Source of the DNA: Candidatus Latescibacterota bacterium
Lineage (GTDB): Bacteria; Latescibacterota; UBA2968
Direction: 5' to 3'
NCBI GenBank assembly: GCA_965222605.1
Contig: OZ244960.1
Location: 5,632,001 to 5,696,000 of the forward strand
DNA length: 64,000 bases
The notes beneath the pieces are model-generated. The model made no database searches. It was not told where the DNA came from and worked only from the letters and a program-made list of their open reading frames with translations. The position numbers were made by a program, and so were the translations under genes. How positions within the stretch are numbered: the first letter of the stretch is position 1; every line of letters begins with the position of its first letter. Shown here piece after piece: positions 29,302-40,257 of this stretch.

Positions 29302-30771
29302 TCACGATTTTTGCACGACAAATTCCGGCCGTGGAATCATGCGTTCCGGATTCCGTTCGTAACCTCGTTTCCACAACTCCTTCACAAGCCTTCCACTTTT
29401 AGCCAGCTCTTCGCGAAGCGCCTGCTGGTCCGCCTTTGCCCTCTGATCAATCGCTTCCGGGCAGCACACCTGGTATAGAATTCGCCGAAGCCGAGCCAGT
29501 TTCTGAGACGCATCGGGATGCTCCGCAAGATCTTGCATCTCCAAAGGATCCTCTGCAAGGTCAAACAACATCGGTCGTTCCCCAACGCACTCCACATATT
29601 TATCTGAACCCGATCGAAGAGCAAAAGCGCTTCCTGGAAGGCCCGGCCCATGGAATTCACTGATAGCGAATTCGGGAAGCGCCGCACCCGGCTCGCCCCT
29701 CAAGGATCCCAGCAAGGATGTCCCCCGCATGTGTGTTGGCGAAGGCAACTCCAGGGCTTCCGAGAATGTCTGGAAAAGATCGAAATGTGAAACAGGTGCA
29801 GGCTCGGACCCTCCTGACTCTATGCCGGGTACAGCCACGATCATGGGTACGCGAATTGAATCCTCATACATCGATCCCATTCCGGAATTGTGATGTGCCC
29901 CCATGCTGCCACCGTGATCCGAAGCATAGGCGACCAGCGTCGAATCCCAGAGATTCTCGGTGTCTATGGCTTTGAGCACGCGCCCCACGTTGCGATCTGC
30001 CATCTCACAGATGCCGTGGTAGCCTACCAGACCACGGCGCAACTCCTCGGGTGTGCAGAGATCGCTGCACGTGTAACGAACAAAATCCCGGTGGAAGGGG
30101 TGCAGTCGAGAAACGGGTTCCGAATAGCGCTCGTCCAGGTCTTCGGTTCGCACCAGCGGATCGTAGTAATCCCACAGCTCCTGCGGCGGATTCCATCCGG
30201 GATGGGGCTGTTTGATATTCACGATCAGGACCCAGGGGCGATCTTGTGGGCGTTCATTCATCAGCCACTGTACCGCTTCTTCCGCGACCTGCGCGTCGTG
30301 CTGGTGTTCCCCGCTCCCACTTGCAGGACCCGCTTCCCGCAATCGATGCAGGTGATGGTATCGGGGTTGTACACGGCCCTCTTCGAACAGCGTATGTATG
30401 TCCAGACTCTCCCGTGTCTTGGCCAGACGAATGTCTTCCACTCCAGCATCACTGCCTGGTTTGTAATCAAGCTTGCCAATAGTCGTAAGCATGACGCCAT
30501 TTTCTGCAAAGTAATGCCCCCAGCCTCTGGGCACTCCTGAATAGGGAAACGCATTGTCCCAGGTGGAGATCTCGTGAACATACCGTCCCGCCATCATCGC
30601 TCCCCGCGAAGGCGCGCACAGAGGACTCGGGCAATAGGCACTGTCGAATCTCTTGCCTCGCCTGGCGAGAGCATCGATGTGAGGAGTACGGGTAATGGAA
30701 CTACCGTAACAGCCGGAAAACTCAGGGTTGTGCCGATCGGTCATGATATAAACAACATTCATCGAAGTCAC
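29302..30771 (-). CDS. sulfatase (choline-sulfatase-like)
   Basis: CAPSR FGly motif, SDHG, MYEDSIRVP. Confidence 0.92.
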   Translation of the reverse strand: MTSMNVVYIMTDRHNPEFSGCYGSSITRTPHIDALARRGKRFDSAYCPSPLCAPSRGAMMAGRYVHEISTWDNAFPYSGVPRGWGHYFAENGVMLTTIGKLDYKPGSDAGVEDIRLAKTRESLDIHTLFEEGRVQPRYHHLHRLREAGPASGSGEHQHDAQVAEEAVQWLMNERPQDRPWVLIVNIKQPHPGWNPPQELWDYYDPLVRTEDLDERYSEPVSRLHPFHRDFVRYTCSDLCTPEELRRGLVGYHGICEMADRNVGRVLKAIDTENLWDSTLVAYASDHGGSMGAHHNSGMGSMYEDSIRVPMIVAVPGIESGGSEPAPVSHFDLFQTFSEALELPSPTHMRGTSLLGSLRGEPGAALPEFAISEFHGPGLPGSAFALRSGSDKYVECVGERPMLFDLAEDPLEMQDLAEHPDASQKLARLRRILYQVCCPEAIDQRAKADQQALREELAKSGRLVKELWKRGYERNPERMIPRPEFVVQKS

Positions 30772-30777
30772 CTCATC

Positions 30778-31596
30778 TTAAGCCGTTGGAACATATCCCA
30801 GCTGATCGTTATATGCCACAGCTTCGGGGAAGGCCTCGTGAAGGTGGTCAAGAACCATATCAATCTTACACCTGCACAAAGAGCTGGGATAGGGCATCTC
30901 GCCGGTACGCCGGAAAAATGCCCCGTTCTTTTCGTGAAAATCACCCCGCCGGTCCATGAACTGACCCCAGTGTCCCATCGTGTATCGCATATCTGTCCTT
31001 CTATCAGCGCTCTGAATCCAGGCCTCGGTAAACAGCATTTGAAACCGTGGCGCCGAATTCAACCAGCTGCCGCATCGAACCACTTTTACTTCCGGCCGAC
31101 GTACTTGCGAATCTCTGAGCAGCCTGATTAGCGATGCCGCAAACTGCACGTGCATATCACTGAGGGGAGATTTTGGCTGGTAAACGTTGGCAATATGAAG
31201 GCTCAACGAGTCCTCGTGCTTGTAGTCATAATTCCAACATTCGTGTGAACGATCGCCAGGTCCGGGCTGTTCATTACCCAACTTGCGAATGCGCGCTTCC
31301 ATAAGTGGCCAGAGGATCGCAAGTCCCCTGGTCTCCACGGATTCACTATCATTACCATACTTGTCGAAGATTTCTCCCAACTTTCCTACAATGACGTTCC
31401 ATTCGGGATCTTCGTCTCCCGCTGCCGGATGGTGGTTGCCGTCGTAGAGTGAGGTATTCCGGTACAGATTGACTCGCACGTTAACGGTATCTTCCAGGTC
31501 TCCAAGGTTTTCCTGCAGCCGTTTGTTCGCGTACCAAAGGCTCAACCGGGTGAATTCCTGAACATAATGCACACGAATCGGATCCAGATCGGACAT
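30778..31596 (-). CDS. hypothetical protein
   Basis: in operon; start set at MSDLDP. Confidence 0.7.
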   Translation of the reverse strand: MSDLDPIRVHYVQEFTRLSLWYANKRLQENLGDLEDTVNVRVNLYRNTSLYDGNHHPAAGDEDPEWNVIVGKLGEIFDKYGNDSESVETRGLAILWPLMEARIRKLGNEQPGPGDRSHECWNYDYKHEDSLSLHIANVYQPKSPLSDMHVQFAASLIRLLRDSQVRRPEVKVVRCGSWLNSAPRFQMLFTEAWIQSADRRTDMRYTMGHWGQFMDRRGDFHEKNGAFFRRTGEMPYPSSLCRCKIDMVLDHLHEAFPEAVAYNDQLGYVPTA

Positions 31597-31624
31597 TGAT
31601 TTTACCCCCGTTGTTCGTATTGAG

Positions 31625-33811
31625 TTAATCTTTTCCTCTGCCGGATTTTGTGCCAAAATCCTGCCAGCCCCAATCCAGATGGATTCGGGGTATGGAAAAC
31701 TCGTAATACCAGCGAATACTCACGGGTTCGTGTTGAGGTTCCAGGTATGCATAAAAAAGAGCAGATCGGCCCGTCACTTCATCCAGCATCCCTGCAGGCG
31801 TGAGTTCCGACAACAGGCCCGGATCCTCTTCCACTTCCAGGTAACGCAGCAAATCGTTTGTATGGTTTTCGGCGCCGCTGGAACTCACCTGAACGGGTGT
31901 CTCATGTTCATTCCACCATGGCAAGTCCGCTGCTGGTTGAGATTCTCCGTCTGCCGCCTTTGCCCAGATCGGTGTACTCCAGGCAAACTCTCCATCGTTC
32001 TGGCGAAGCCGTATGTAGTAGGCATTCTCTTTGAGCGGATGCTCATCCACGTAAGTCAGATCTACGTCCAGCGTGTTCGGACGCCAGGTCTTCAAGCGTC
32101 GATCATTCCGGATGAGATCTACGCGCTGCACTGTTGAGCATGCGTGAGCTACCACACGAACTCTGGCTGGGCCTGAAAGCTGTATCTCGCTGCCAGCGGG
32201 ATTGCCCTCTAGCGAAACCATCAGAATGATTCGAGCCCCAGTCGTTGCAAAGGTTCGTTTTTCAGCGACAGCTTGCCAGATGGCCTTTCGTTCACAGCGA
32301 GTGGCCCACACACCTGCCAGAGGACCCGATCCAAATCCGGTGTCACGGATGTTGAGCACCTTGTTGAACCGACCCCGGAAGCAATGGGGAGCCATTGGGG
32401 CGCCCAGTGTGGGCAGATGGATATCTCCCGATCCGATAACGGCTGGTCGATAGCCGTACCTTAGTGCCTTCTGCAGGAGCCACTCGAAAGCGCCGTGACC
32501 GCTGGCCACTTCCAGCAGTGGTTCGACATTTGGCCGAAATTCGTCCCAATTTGGCGGCCCCCCTCCAACGTGGGATTCAAGAAGAACATCCTCCCGATCT
32601 CCGTAGGTTTCCAGCAGGGTTTCCTTCGACGAAAAGGTCGGCAGGTACCCATCTTCCATCTCCCGGAACACAACGTTTCGGTCCCCTCCAGAGCGCGTGT
32701 GAACTTCCGATGCCAGGAAGGGCACATATATTCCGGGCTCATCATGATTGGTATATGCCTGTTGAAAGGCTTCCCACAGTTCAGGTTCGTCAGCCTGATC
32801 TGGTGGCGACATGGGCCCCGGAGCCGCAAAATCCAGCCGTCCCACTTCGCGGGCTTGCCTGTGTCGGGCATCCGGATCCAGCTTGAAACTGGGCTCGTCC
32901 ATCAGCGCCATGGACGTATCGCCCCAGGCGTGGGAGTGAAAGTCTCCCCAGAGCAGCCGGAAGTCCGGAGACTTCCGGCAGAATATCGGATTGCTTCTGG
33001 CTCGAAGGTCTCCATCCCTCGCTTCAAGGCGATAAACGCCTGGGTGGCCAATCTGAACGTCCTCCAACCTCAGGACGCCGTTATGTACTGGCTCAAACAC
33101 CGCTCGATCCGGCAGGCCCGATACGTTGTCGGGGGCAGTTAACTGGACGACGCCCTGATATTGTTCACACACATTTCGATGGATATCGAAAGCGACCAGA
33201 TTGAGGTGAAACGATTCGCCCTGTTCGACAATGGATGGTCCCAGGATTCGCAGCATATCTGCGGATGCTTCTGAAGTAATGCGAATCCGGGTCTCTCCAC
33301 CCGCGATGCTGACAAATTCACGGCCGCCATTGCGATCTACCGCTGCCTCCAGTCGCGCCATTGTAGTCGAGTCATAAACTTCAGCACCTGGACCACCCCC
33401 GCAGCGATCACCGATTCGCAATCTGACCCAATCTCCCTTTCGAAGGATCCCTTTCGACACTCGAACCCTCGCAACTTCGGGTTCGTGACCATGGTCGGAA
33501 TTGACAGCCAGGTCCAGCCTGGCGTCAGAATTTGACTCCATTGTCACATAGTCGCGTCCCAGTGGGTTATTCAGCTGAGGGGCGTGGCCCATGAGGAATC
33601 CGCGGCGGAAGAAGCAGAATCCTCCACCATCCTGCACATCCGCTGCAGCAGTAAATGCGATCTCCCATGTGCCGACTTTCCCAGCAGGCAGATTGAATGT
33701 GGATCCCGATGCAACAGAACCATCTGCACCTCGAAACAGGACCTCAAATCCGTCGGGTTCATCCCCGGGAATCGAGGCTTGGATCCACTCTATGCGAGCG
33801 TTTTTTGACAT
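31625..33811 (-). CDS. DUF3604-like PHP-fold metallohydrolase
   Basis: WGDFHSH, EVASGHG, GSGDIH, FATTGARI, YYIRLRQ..AWSTPIW. Confidence 0.75.
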   Translation of the reverse strand: MSKNARIEWIQASIPGDEPDGFEVLFRGADGSVASGSTFNLPAGKVGTWEIAFTAAADVQDGGGFCFFRRGFLMGHAPQLNNPLGRDYVTMESNSDARLDLAVNSDHGHEPEVARVRVSKGILRKGDWVRLRIGDRCGGGPGAEVYDSTTMARLEAAVDRNGGREFVSIAGGETRIRITSEASADMLRILGPSIVEQGESFHLNLVAFDIHRNVCEQYQGVVQLTAPDNVSGLPDRAVFEPVHNGVLRLEDVQIGHPGVYRLEARDGDLRARSNPIFCRKSPDFRLLWGDFHSHAWGDTSMALMDEPSFKLDPDARHRQAREVGRLDFAAPGPMSPPDQADEPELWEAFQQAYTNHDEPGIYVPFLASEVHTRSGGDRNVVFREMEDGYLPTFSSKETLLETYGDREDVLLESHVGGGPPNWDEFRPNVEPLLEVASGHGAFEWLLQKALRYGYRPAVIGSGDIHLPTLGAPMAPHCFRGRFNKVLNIRDTGFGSGPLAGVWATRCERKAIWQAVAEKRTFATTGARIILMVSLEGNPAGSEIQLSGPARVRVVAHACSTVQRVDLIRNDRRLKTWRPNTLDVDLTYVDEHPLKENAYYIRLRQNDGEFAWSTPIWAKAADGESQPAADLPWWNEHETPVQVSSSGAENHTNDLLRYLEVEEDPGLLSELTPAGMLDEVTGRSALFYAYLEPQHEPVSIRWYYEFSIPRIHLDWGWQDFGTKSGRGKD

Positions 33812-35091
33812 ACGGTATCATCCGTTAATTCAGAAAGCCGCGAACGGTTGTCATATACCTTCTGAAATGCCTCTGCCGTTTGTTCGACCCAGATCGGATC
33901 GGGATCTACAGGGGTGGACAGCCAGAAGCACGTGCCATGTATCCTTTCGCTGATCGGCAGGCTGCCCGGTCGATACGATTTCCTCACGTTATCTGGAAGA
34001 TATCCCCAGGGACCCCCAAGGCCCTCGAATGAGAAATCGTTGAACAGTGACTCCAGATGCATCACACCATACCCGTAAGGCGTTATCTCCGGTTTTGTCC
34101 GCACCCCTTCGGCTACCAGCGCTTTCAGAACCTTCGACACGGGTACTCCATAGACTTCAGGATCGACCAAACCCACATACAACAGGAGACCGCCGCGGGT
34201 AGCCTTTGGATAGACCTTCTGAGTCTCAACTCCCTCTACATTCTCGAGAAGCTCGTCCATTTGTGCAAACCACTTTCGGCGCTTTTCGTTGAGCTCTGAC
34301 AGGCGTTCGAGCCGTCCTCGAGCCATCGCGATACCAAAAGGATTCGCCCTGTATTTGACGCCCAGGCCCATGTTGTGCAATCCCGTAAACCGATCGGTTT
34401 TCCACGATTCCCCGCAACGACCGTACTGTCCCAATGCCATCATCCGGTCGTAGAGATCATCGTCATCTGTCACCACCACCCCGGCCTCCAATCCCGTAAC
34501 CGGCTTGCTGCCCTGAAGACTGAAGCATCCAATGTGGCCAATGCTGCCCACTGGCTTGCCATCCCACAGAGCGCCGTGTGCGTGAGAGGCGTCTTCAATC
34601 AGCTTGATATCGGTTCCGGCGATCAGGTCCAGCAGTCCATCCATATCCGCCGGATTCCCGTAGACGTGTGTGACGACAATCGCGCATGTCCTGTCTGTGA
34701 TTCGTTGCTTTACATCTTCCGGATCCGCACAGAAGGCGTTCGGGTCCACCTCGCAGAATACTGGTGTTGCGCCGCAATGGAGGATGGGTGAAATCGTGGC
34801 ATGCCAGGTGACTGATGGCACGATCACTTCTTTGCCAACACGGGCGCCCGCAGCAAAAATGGCCGAGTGCAAAGCTGCGGTTCCGTTGCACGTACAGATC
34901 GCGTGCTGGGTCTTTACCAGTTTGCTGAAATCAGATTCGAAGAGCTCGAGATGTCGCCGGGCTTTCTTCGGATCGTCCAGCACCTCGTTTACGTACGACT
35001 TTTCAAGCGGCCCGATATTTTCCCACCCATCCCCTACCGGAGCCGTAACGGCCTTTGGGCCTCCTTCAATTGCCAGAAGTGATTGTGCCAT
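33790..35091 (-). CDS. DegT/DnrJ/EryC1/StrS aminotransferase
   Basis: NGTAALH, EDASHAHGA, FSLQGSK. Confidence 0.92.
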   Translation of the reverse strand: MAQSLLAIEGGPKAVTAPVGDGWENIGPLEKSYVNEVLDDPKKARRHLELFESDFSKLVKTQHAICTCNGTAALHSAIFAAGARVGKEVIVPSVTWHATISPILHCGATPVFCEVDPNAFCADPEDVKQRITDRTCAIVVTHVYGNPADMDGLLDLIAGTDIKLIEDASHAHGALWDGKPVGSIGHIGCFSLQGSKPVTGLEAGVVVTDDDDLYDRMMALGQYGRCGESWKTDRFTGLHNMGLGVKYRANPFGIAMARGRLERLSELNEKRRKWFAQMDELLENVEGVETQKVYPKATRGGLLLYVGLVDPEVYGVPVSKVLKALVAEGVRTKPEITPYGYGVMHLESLFNDFSFEGLGGPWGYLPDNVRKSYRPGSLPISERIHGTCFWLSTPVDPDPIWVEQTAEAFQKVYDNRSRLSELTDDTVCQKTLA

Positions 35092-35188
35092 GGTATTCTC
35101 CTAACGTAATCTCTGATGCGACTACCCTGGTTGAGATTTTTGGAATCAAAATACGAACTCTATCGATCCCCAGTAATAAATACGATTT

Positions 35189-36472
35189 CTACCCGTTCGG
35201 TTGCCCGACGTAATCAGAAAGGTCTGCGATGAACAGCTGCCGTGCGCCTTCGAAAGCCGCCTGAAAACAAACCTTCCTGTAATCTCGGCTCCAAACGGGA
35301 TGTCCATCCAGGCGAAGAAACGGGTCTTTTTCCGGTTTCTTCTCGATCGTTGGCAAAATCGCGATGTTCATGTGCTTTTGCTCCACGAGATCTGCGAGAC
35401 GCAAAACGATCGTGTGACCTTTGTCGATTTTCTCGTCTGTAAAGATGTATCTTCCAGTCGGATCAATGCTCGCGTGCCCCCCTCCAATCAGCGACTCGCC
35501 GAGAATTTTCCGCTCTGTACCGTTAGATCGTATTTGGCAGTATCGTCCATCCTTATTTTCATCCAATACAATTCTGATCAGGTGTTCGCCGTCCGGGTGC
35601 CAGTTGGCGTGACCCCCTTTCGCTCCCCACGGCGAAGTAAAGGGAAGGTACTGAATGTCGCTCCCATCGGGATTGAAAGTAAACGTTGAGGGATTTCGCT
35701 TTCCCCAACCGTCTGGAAACACACAGCGCAGAACCTGCATGATCCGGGTACCCTGTTGGTTGAACTTCGAATGCCAAAAGTAGAACGTACCATCCTCTCT
35801 GGGAGCCGGATCAGGAAGCCTGGAGGCCAAATCCGCCAGGCTCACGATCAAGCTCCGCTGATTCGTTTTCAGGTCCGTACGCCAGATGCCTTCACTCTTC
35901 GAGGTGCCCGGAGGCAGCTTTTGCGGTTGGTCCGGATTCTTACTCGGGACTCCGTAACCGAGCTGTGTAATATCCATCAGTTCAAGAGGAAATCCGACAA
36001 CACAGGATTCATCGGGAGCAATGGTGTACATCGGACCCGAATACGTCGTTGTTTGACCTGACTCAAGGTCAATGCGTACGCAGACCGCCTCACCATCTAC
36101 GACATCATTCGTATACAGGTGCCGATCCGTGCTGCCCCAGTTGAGCAAGGCGCCGGTTTGAAATCCCCAGCACTGGGTGGTATATACCGTCTCAATCGTC
36201 TCCTCTTCCAGGTCGATCACACAAACATCTGCGATATCACCCAGCACAGGCATCCGATCCTGATAAGGCAAACGCGTAGTGGCCAGGAGACGTTGTGACG
36301 GGCTGAAGGGACAGACGTCAAAATAGGTGAAAACATAGAACCCATCGTCGGGTGTAACTCTCGTCACAGGTGCTGTACAGGTATCAGAGCAATATGGCTC
36401 GAACGAATAGTGCCGTTTCATAGTCCCTCTCAGTACTGGAGAATCATTCTGCAGGGTTGGATTGGCCATCAA
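35189..36472 (-). CDS. TolB/oligogalacturonate-lyase-like beta-propeller protein
   Basis: YFDVCPFSP, HANWHPDG, DGHPVWSRD. Confidence 0.65.
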   Translation of the reverse strand: MMANPTLQNDSPVLRGTMKRHYSFEPYCSDTCTAPVTRVTPDDGFYVFTYFDVCPFSPSQRLLATTRLPYQDRMPVLGDIADVCVIDLEEETIETVYTTQCWGFQTGALLNWGSTDRHLYTNDVVDGEAVCVRIDLESGQTTTYSGPMYTIAPDESCVVGFPLELMDITQLGYGVPSKNPDQPQKLPPGTSKSEGIWRTDLKTNQRSLIVSLADLASRLPDPAPREDGTFYFWHSKFNQQGTRIMQVLRCVFPDGWGKRNPSTFTFNPDGSDIQYLPFTSPWGAKGGHANWHPDGEHLIRIVLDENKDGRYCQIRSNGTERKILGESLIGGGHASIDPTGRYIFTDEKIDKGHTIVLRLADLVEQKHMNIAILPTIEKKPEKDPFLRLDGHPVWSRDYRKVCFQAAFEGARQLFIADLSDYVGQPNG

Positions 36473-37832
36473 AGATTACCATTTCTCCATTATACCATTT
36501 GTATAAAAGCCATTTGCTCAGCGCCTGCCCATCTCCAATTTGCCACGCCCAATCTTCGAGTTTCCTGAACAGCGTCCGCAGCACTTCTTCCAGCCCGGGT
36601 CCGCGAAACCTGTTGTTTATTTCGTCCGGATCAGAGGGACGATGATAGAGTTCCGGGGGTCGCTCCGAGTTGACGATCAGTTTCCATTCATTTGTTACAA
36701 TACACCTTTCAAACATCGTAGGGTCACTTTCCGGAGGACAGTAGCGACCATCCTGACGATATGGATGGTTCTGAATATAAACAGAATCGCGCCATGGACC
36801 TTTGCCAGAAAGCAGGAGTTCTCTCGCGCTGTGTCCGTGCAGGCCAGCAGGAATGTCTAGCCCGCAGAGATCCAGGATGGTGGGCACCAGGTCTGCGTGA
36901 CTGACGAGCTCGCTTCGGACTCCAGGTTTGATCTTTCCGATCCAGTGGAAGATCAGAGGAATTCTGCTCGCCGTGTCGTAGCAATTCCGTTTTGGCTGAG
37001 GATTCCATCGGTAGACAAAATCATGTCCGTGATCCGATGTATATACAATCAAGGTGTTTTGCTCGAGGCCTAAAGCATTCAGGACATCCACCATCCGGCC
37101 AACGTTTTCATCAATTCTGTTAACCATTGCATAGTACGTGGGATACTGGACCTTTCCCTGAAACCGCTCGCAGTTTTCCCGGGGGGCGGTCCACGGTGTG
37201 TGTGGAGGCCGGAAAGATACGATCAAGCAGAACGGATTCTGGTGGTGTTCGCGAATAAACTGGATTCCGTGGTCGAACTCGAAGTCAACACGGTACTCGC
37301 CTGGTTCTTCACGACCAAAATCAGGAATTGCAGACTCGTGATTGTCGGGCACGGTCCATTTCTCCATGGGCTCTCCAACCCATTGTGATGCACCCCCGTC
37401 ATGACCTTGCCAGACATCAAAGTAGTCCGGAGGAGGCTGGATCGGTCTTCCTGATATAGGTCGATCGAAAGGCTCAGGCTTCGGACCCAGATGCCATTTA
37501 CCGACGTAGCCGGTGGTGTAACCTATATCGTGCAGGAGCCTCGGAAAAGATGTTGTGTGGTCGGTCAAAGTCACATCGTTGTCCCAGACCTCAGTCTTGT
37601 GGGGAAATAGTCCCGTTAGGATTGAAGATCGGGCCGCGGAACAGAGAGGCTGGGTCACAAAAGCCGATTCAAAACAGGCACCTTCACTTGCCAGTCGGTC
37701 GATATGAGGAGAAATCGCATTCCGATTGCCGTAACATCCCAACGAATCAAACCTCTGTTGATCAGGAAGGATTAGGATGATGTTGGGTGGTCTCCCCTCT
37801 GTCTCGCCTAGATTTTTACCTCTGGTCCACAT
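36444..37832 (-). CDS. sulfatase
   Basis: PNIILILPDQQR, CSAAR, GKWHLG, SDHG. Confidence 0.92.
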   Translation of the reverse strand: MWTRGKNLGETEGRPPNIILILPDQQRFDSLGCYGNRNAISPHIDRLASEGACFESAFVTQPLCSAARSSILTGLFPHKTEVWDNDVTLTDHTTSFPRLLHDIGYTTGYVGKWHLGPKPEPFDRPISGRPIQPPPDYFDVWQGHDGGASQWVGEPMEKWTVPDNHESAIPDFGREEPGEYRVDFEFDHGIQFIREHHQNPFCLIVSFRPPHTPWTAPRENCERFQGKVQYPTYYAMVNRIDENVGRMVDVLNALGLEQNTLIVYTSDHGHDFVYRWNPQPKRNCYDTASRIPLIFHWIGKIKPGVRSELVSHADLVPTILDLCGLDIPAGLHGHSARELLLSGKGPWRDSVYIQNHPYRQDGRYCPPESDPTMFERCIVTNEWKLIVNSERPPELYHRPSDPDEINNRFRGPGLEEVLRTLFRKLEDWAWQIGDGQALSKWLLYKWYNGEMVIFDGQSNPAE

Positions 37833-37920
37833 CCCCTATCTCCTGTTTTCCAGTGCCAGAATTCGACCCAAGAGCCAGTCGGTCTGTTTTGTACGCGCCA
37901 AAAGCGTCCAGAGACTCAAG

Positions 37921-40161
37921 TCAGAGATGCCCGCCAGACTCCAGGATATGCTCCTCCACTCTGGGAGGGGTCGGCCGGAGTCCAAAATCTCTCCACCCCC
38001 AGTCCACATGGATTTTGGGCATGTCGAATTCAAAATACCAGCGAATACTGATGGGATCTCGATCGGAACCAAAATATCCGAGGAAAAGCGCACATTTTCC
38101 GGTGACCTCCTCAATTACGTCGAAAGGGGTCAGATCGTGAAACTCATCGATCTCTTCTTCCACCTCCAGGTAGCGGTACAGATCGGCTTCGTAAGACTCC
38201 GCCTGGTTGGGCCTGAGGCTCGTGAGATCAAGAGGATCGTGCGCGTTCCACTTGGGTAGGTCATCTTGCTCAGATCCATCCGGACAGAAGGTCCAGATTG
38301 GCGTGGACCATGCATATTCACCGTCGACTTGGCGGAGACGAACGTAATAGGCTCCCTCTCGCAGCGGAATCTCGTCGGCGTAGGTCAGATCTATATCGAG
38401 TGCATCGGGATGCCATGAGTGGAGGCAACAGTCATTCCGAATCAGGTCTACTCGCTGCACGGGAGCACAGGCGTGCGCGCAAATGGTGATCTCAGCAGGA
38501 GCCGCGATTTTGGCCTCGCTGCCCGCAGTGTGTCCGTTGACATCCACGGTCAGGATGATGCGCGCCCCAGTGGTGGCGAAGGTGCGCCGATCCCGAATCG
38601 CCTTCCAGATTTCGTTACGCTCGCAGCGCGCTGCCCAAACGGCGGCGATCGGTCCGTTCCCATACCCGGTGTCTCGGAAGTTCAAACCAACATTGTGCCA
38701 CCTCCCGAAGTAGGCTTTGGCGGCGATTGGAGCGCCCATCGTAGCAAGGTGGGTGTCCCCCGATCCAATAACGGCTGGGCGAAAGCCACAGCGTAGGGCC
38801 CACTGGAGCACCCATTCAAAGCAGCCATGCCCGCTGGCGACCTCAAGAAGCGGCTCGTGACTGGGACGATAATCGTGCCATTGGGGGGGACCACCCCCGA
38901 TGTGGGCTTCAAGGATCACATCCTCCCGATCTCCAAACTCGGCCATCACTTCGTCCATAGTGCAGAAGGTGGGGTGGTAGGTTTCAGTCCATTCACGGTA
39001 GATCACGTTCCGATCCCCTCCAGGTCTCGGGTGAACCTCTGAAGCAAGAAAAGGAACGTAAGTCCCCGGCTCATCGTTGTTCCGATAGGCTTGCTGATAG
39101 GCACGCCACAGCTCCGGTCGGTCCTCATGGATTGGCGGGACGGCCGGTCCCGGCGCCCCAAAGTCCAGCCGGCCGACTCTCCGCAACTGTTCGTGTCTCC
39201 GCTCAGGATGAATCTTGAAGGTGGGATCGTCCAGTAGCGACATGCTAATGTCGCCCCATCCGTGGCAATGGAGATCTCCCCAGAGGAGACGGCGGTCGTG
39301 CTGTTCCTTGCAGAGGATGGGATTGCTCACTGCCCTTAGACCGTGGCGTTCGTCTTCCGCGATCAGACGGATAAGGCCGGGTTCTGATATGCGAATGTCT
39401 TCCAGAATCACGAGCCCGCTGTCACTGGAGCCCAACGAGATGGATTTGGGTAAACCCTCAACCGCTGAAATCGGACCAGAGAAGGCCACTCGAGCCTCAA
39501 ATTGCTCGCAGACGTTGTGGCTTGCATCGAAGGCCATCAGATGCAGTGCAAAGGCCTCATCGGGCGTAACGATCGACGGACCCAGAAGCCGAAGCAGCGT
39601 CGGCACAGGATTGGATGTGATGTGGATCCTACAAGGGTTGCAGGCCAGTTCTCGATAGACTCCATCCCCTATCCGATCCACGGCGCCGGTAATTCGACCC
39701 AGAGTCGTTCCGTCATAAACGGCGGTCCCCGCGCCTCCCTGGCTTGAATCGCCAATCTGAATGGTGAAGGAATCACCGGCCTTCATCTCACCCTCATCGA
39801 CCAGCACCTGGGCGAATCCCGGATGGTGGGACTGCTTTTCTGAATTGACGATCAGGCGTAAGGCCGCATCACATTGGGTTTTTAGAGTGACGAAATCACG
39901 TCCCTTTGGGTTGTAGTCCTGAATCCGATGCGAGAGCAGAAACGAGTGCCGCTGAAAAAGAAAACCGCCGCCGGCAGTTATGGTTTCTGATACGGTGGCA
40001 GTAATCTTCCACATCCCCAACTTGCCTGCGGGCAATTCCAGTTCGTGCCCACAGCTCCGTGAGCCGTCACCTCCGTGAAATTCGATCTCGAACGCATCGG
40101 GCTCGTTACCCGGCACAGGTTGGACTGTGATGCTGACGCGCTGCACTCGTGATTTCGGCAT
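37921..40161 (-). CDS. DUF3604-like PHP-fold metallohydrolase (paralogue of 31625-33811)
   Basis: WGDLHCH, EVASGHG, GSGDTH, FATTGARI. Confidence 0.75.
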   Translation of the reverse strand: MPKSRVQRVSITVQPVPGNEPDAFEIEFHGGDGSRSCGHELELPAGKLGMWKITATVSETITAGGGFLFQRHSFLLSHRIQDYNPKGRDFVTLKTQCDAALRLIVNSEKQSHHPGFAQVLVDEGEMKAGDSFTIQIGDSSQGGAGTAVYDGTTLGRITGAVDRIGDGVYRELACNPCRIHITSNPVPTLLRLLGPSIVTPDEAFALHLMAFDASHNVCEQFEARVAFSGPISAVEGLPKSISLGSSDSGLVILEDIRISEPGLIRLIAEDERHGLRAVSNPILCKEQHDRRLLWGDLHCHGWGDISMSLLDDPTFKIHPERRHEQLRRVGRLDFGAPGPAVPPIHEDRPELWRAYQQAYRNNDEPGTYVPFLASEVHPRPGGDRNVIYREWTETYHPTFCTMDEVMAEFGDREDVILEAHIGGGPPQWHDYRPSHEPLLEVASGHGCFEWVLQWALRCGFRPAVIGSGDTHLATMGAPIAAKAYFGRWHNVGLNFRDTGYGNGPIAAVWAARCERNEIWKAIRDRRTFATTGARIILTVDVNGHTAGSEAKIAAPAEITICAHACAPVQRVDLIRNDCCLHSWHPDALDIDLTYADEIPLREGAYYVRLRQVDGEYAWSTPIWTFCPDGSEQDDLPKWNAHDPLDLTSLRPNQAESYEADLYRYLEVEEEIDEFHDLTPFDVIEEVTGKCALFLGYFGSDRDPISIRWYFEFDMPKIHVDWGWRDFGLRPTPPRVEEHILESGGHL

Positions 40162-40257
40162 GGGTTCTCCTCAACAGCCGTTCGACGAATCACGGCGCCA
40201 GAACAAGTTCATGTTTAAGATTCGGTGGGTGGGATTCATTTGCAACTCGGTATGTGA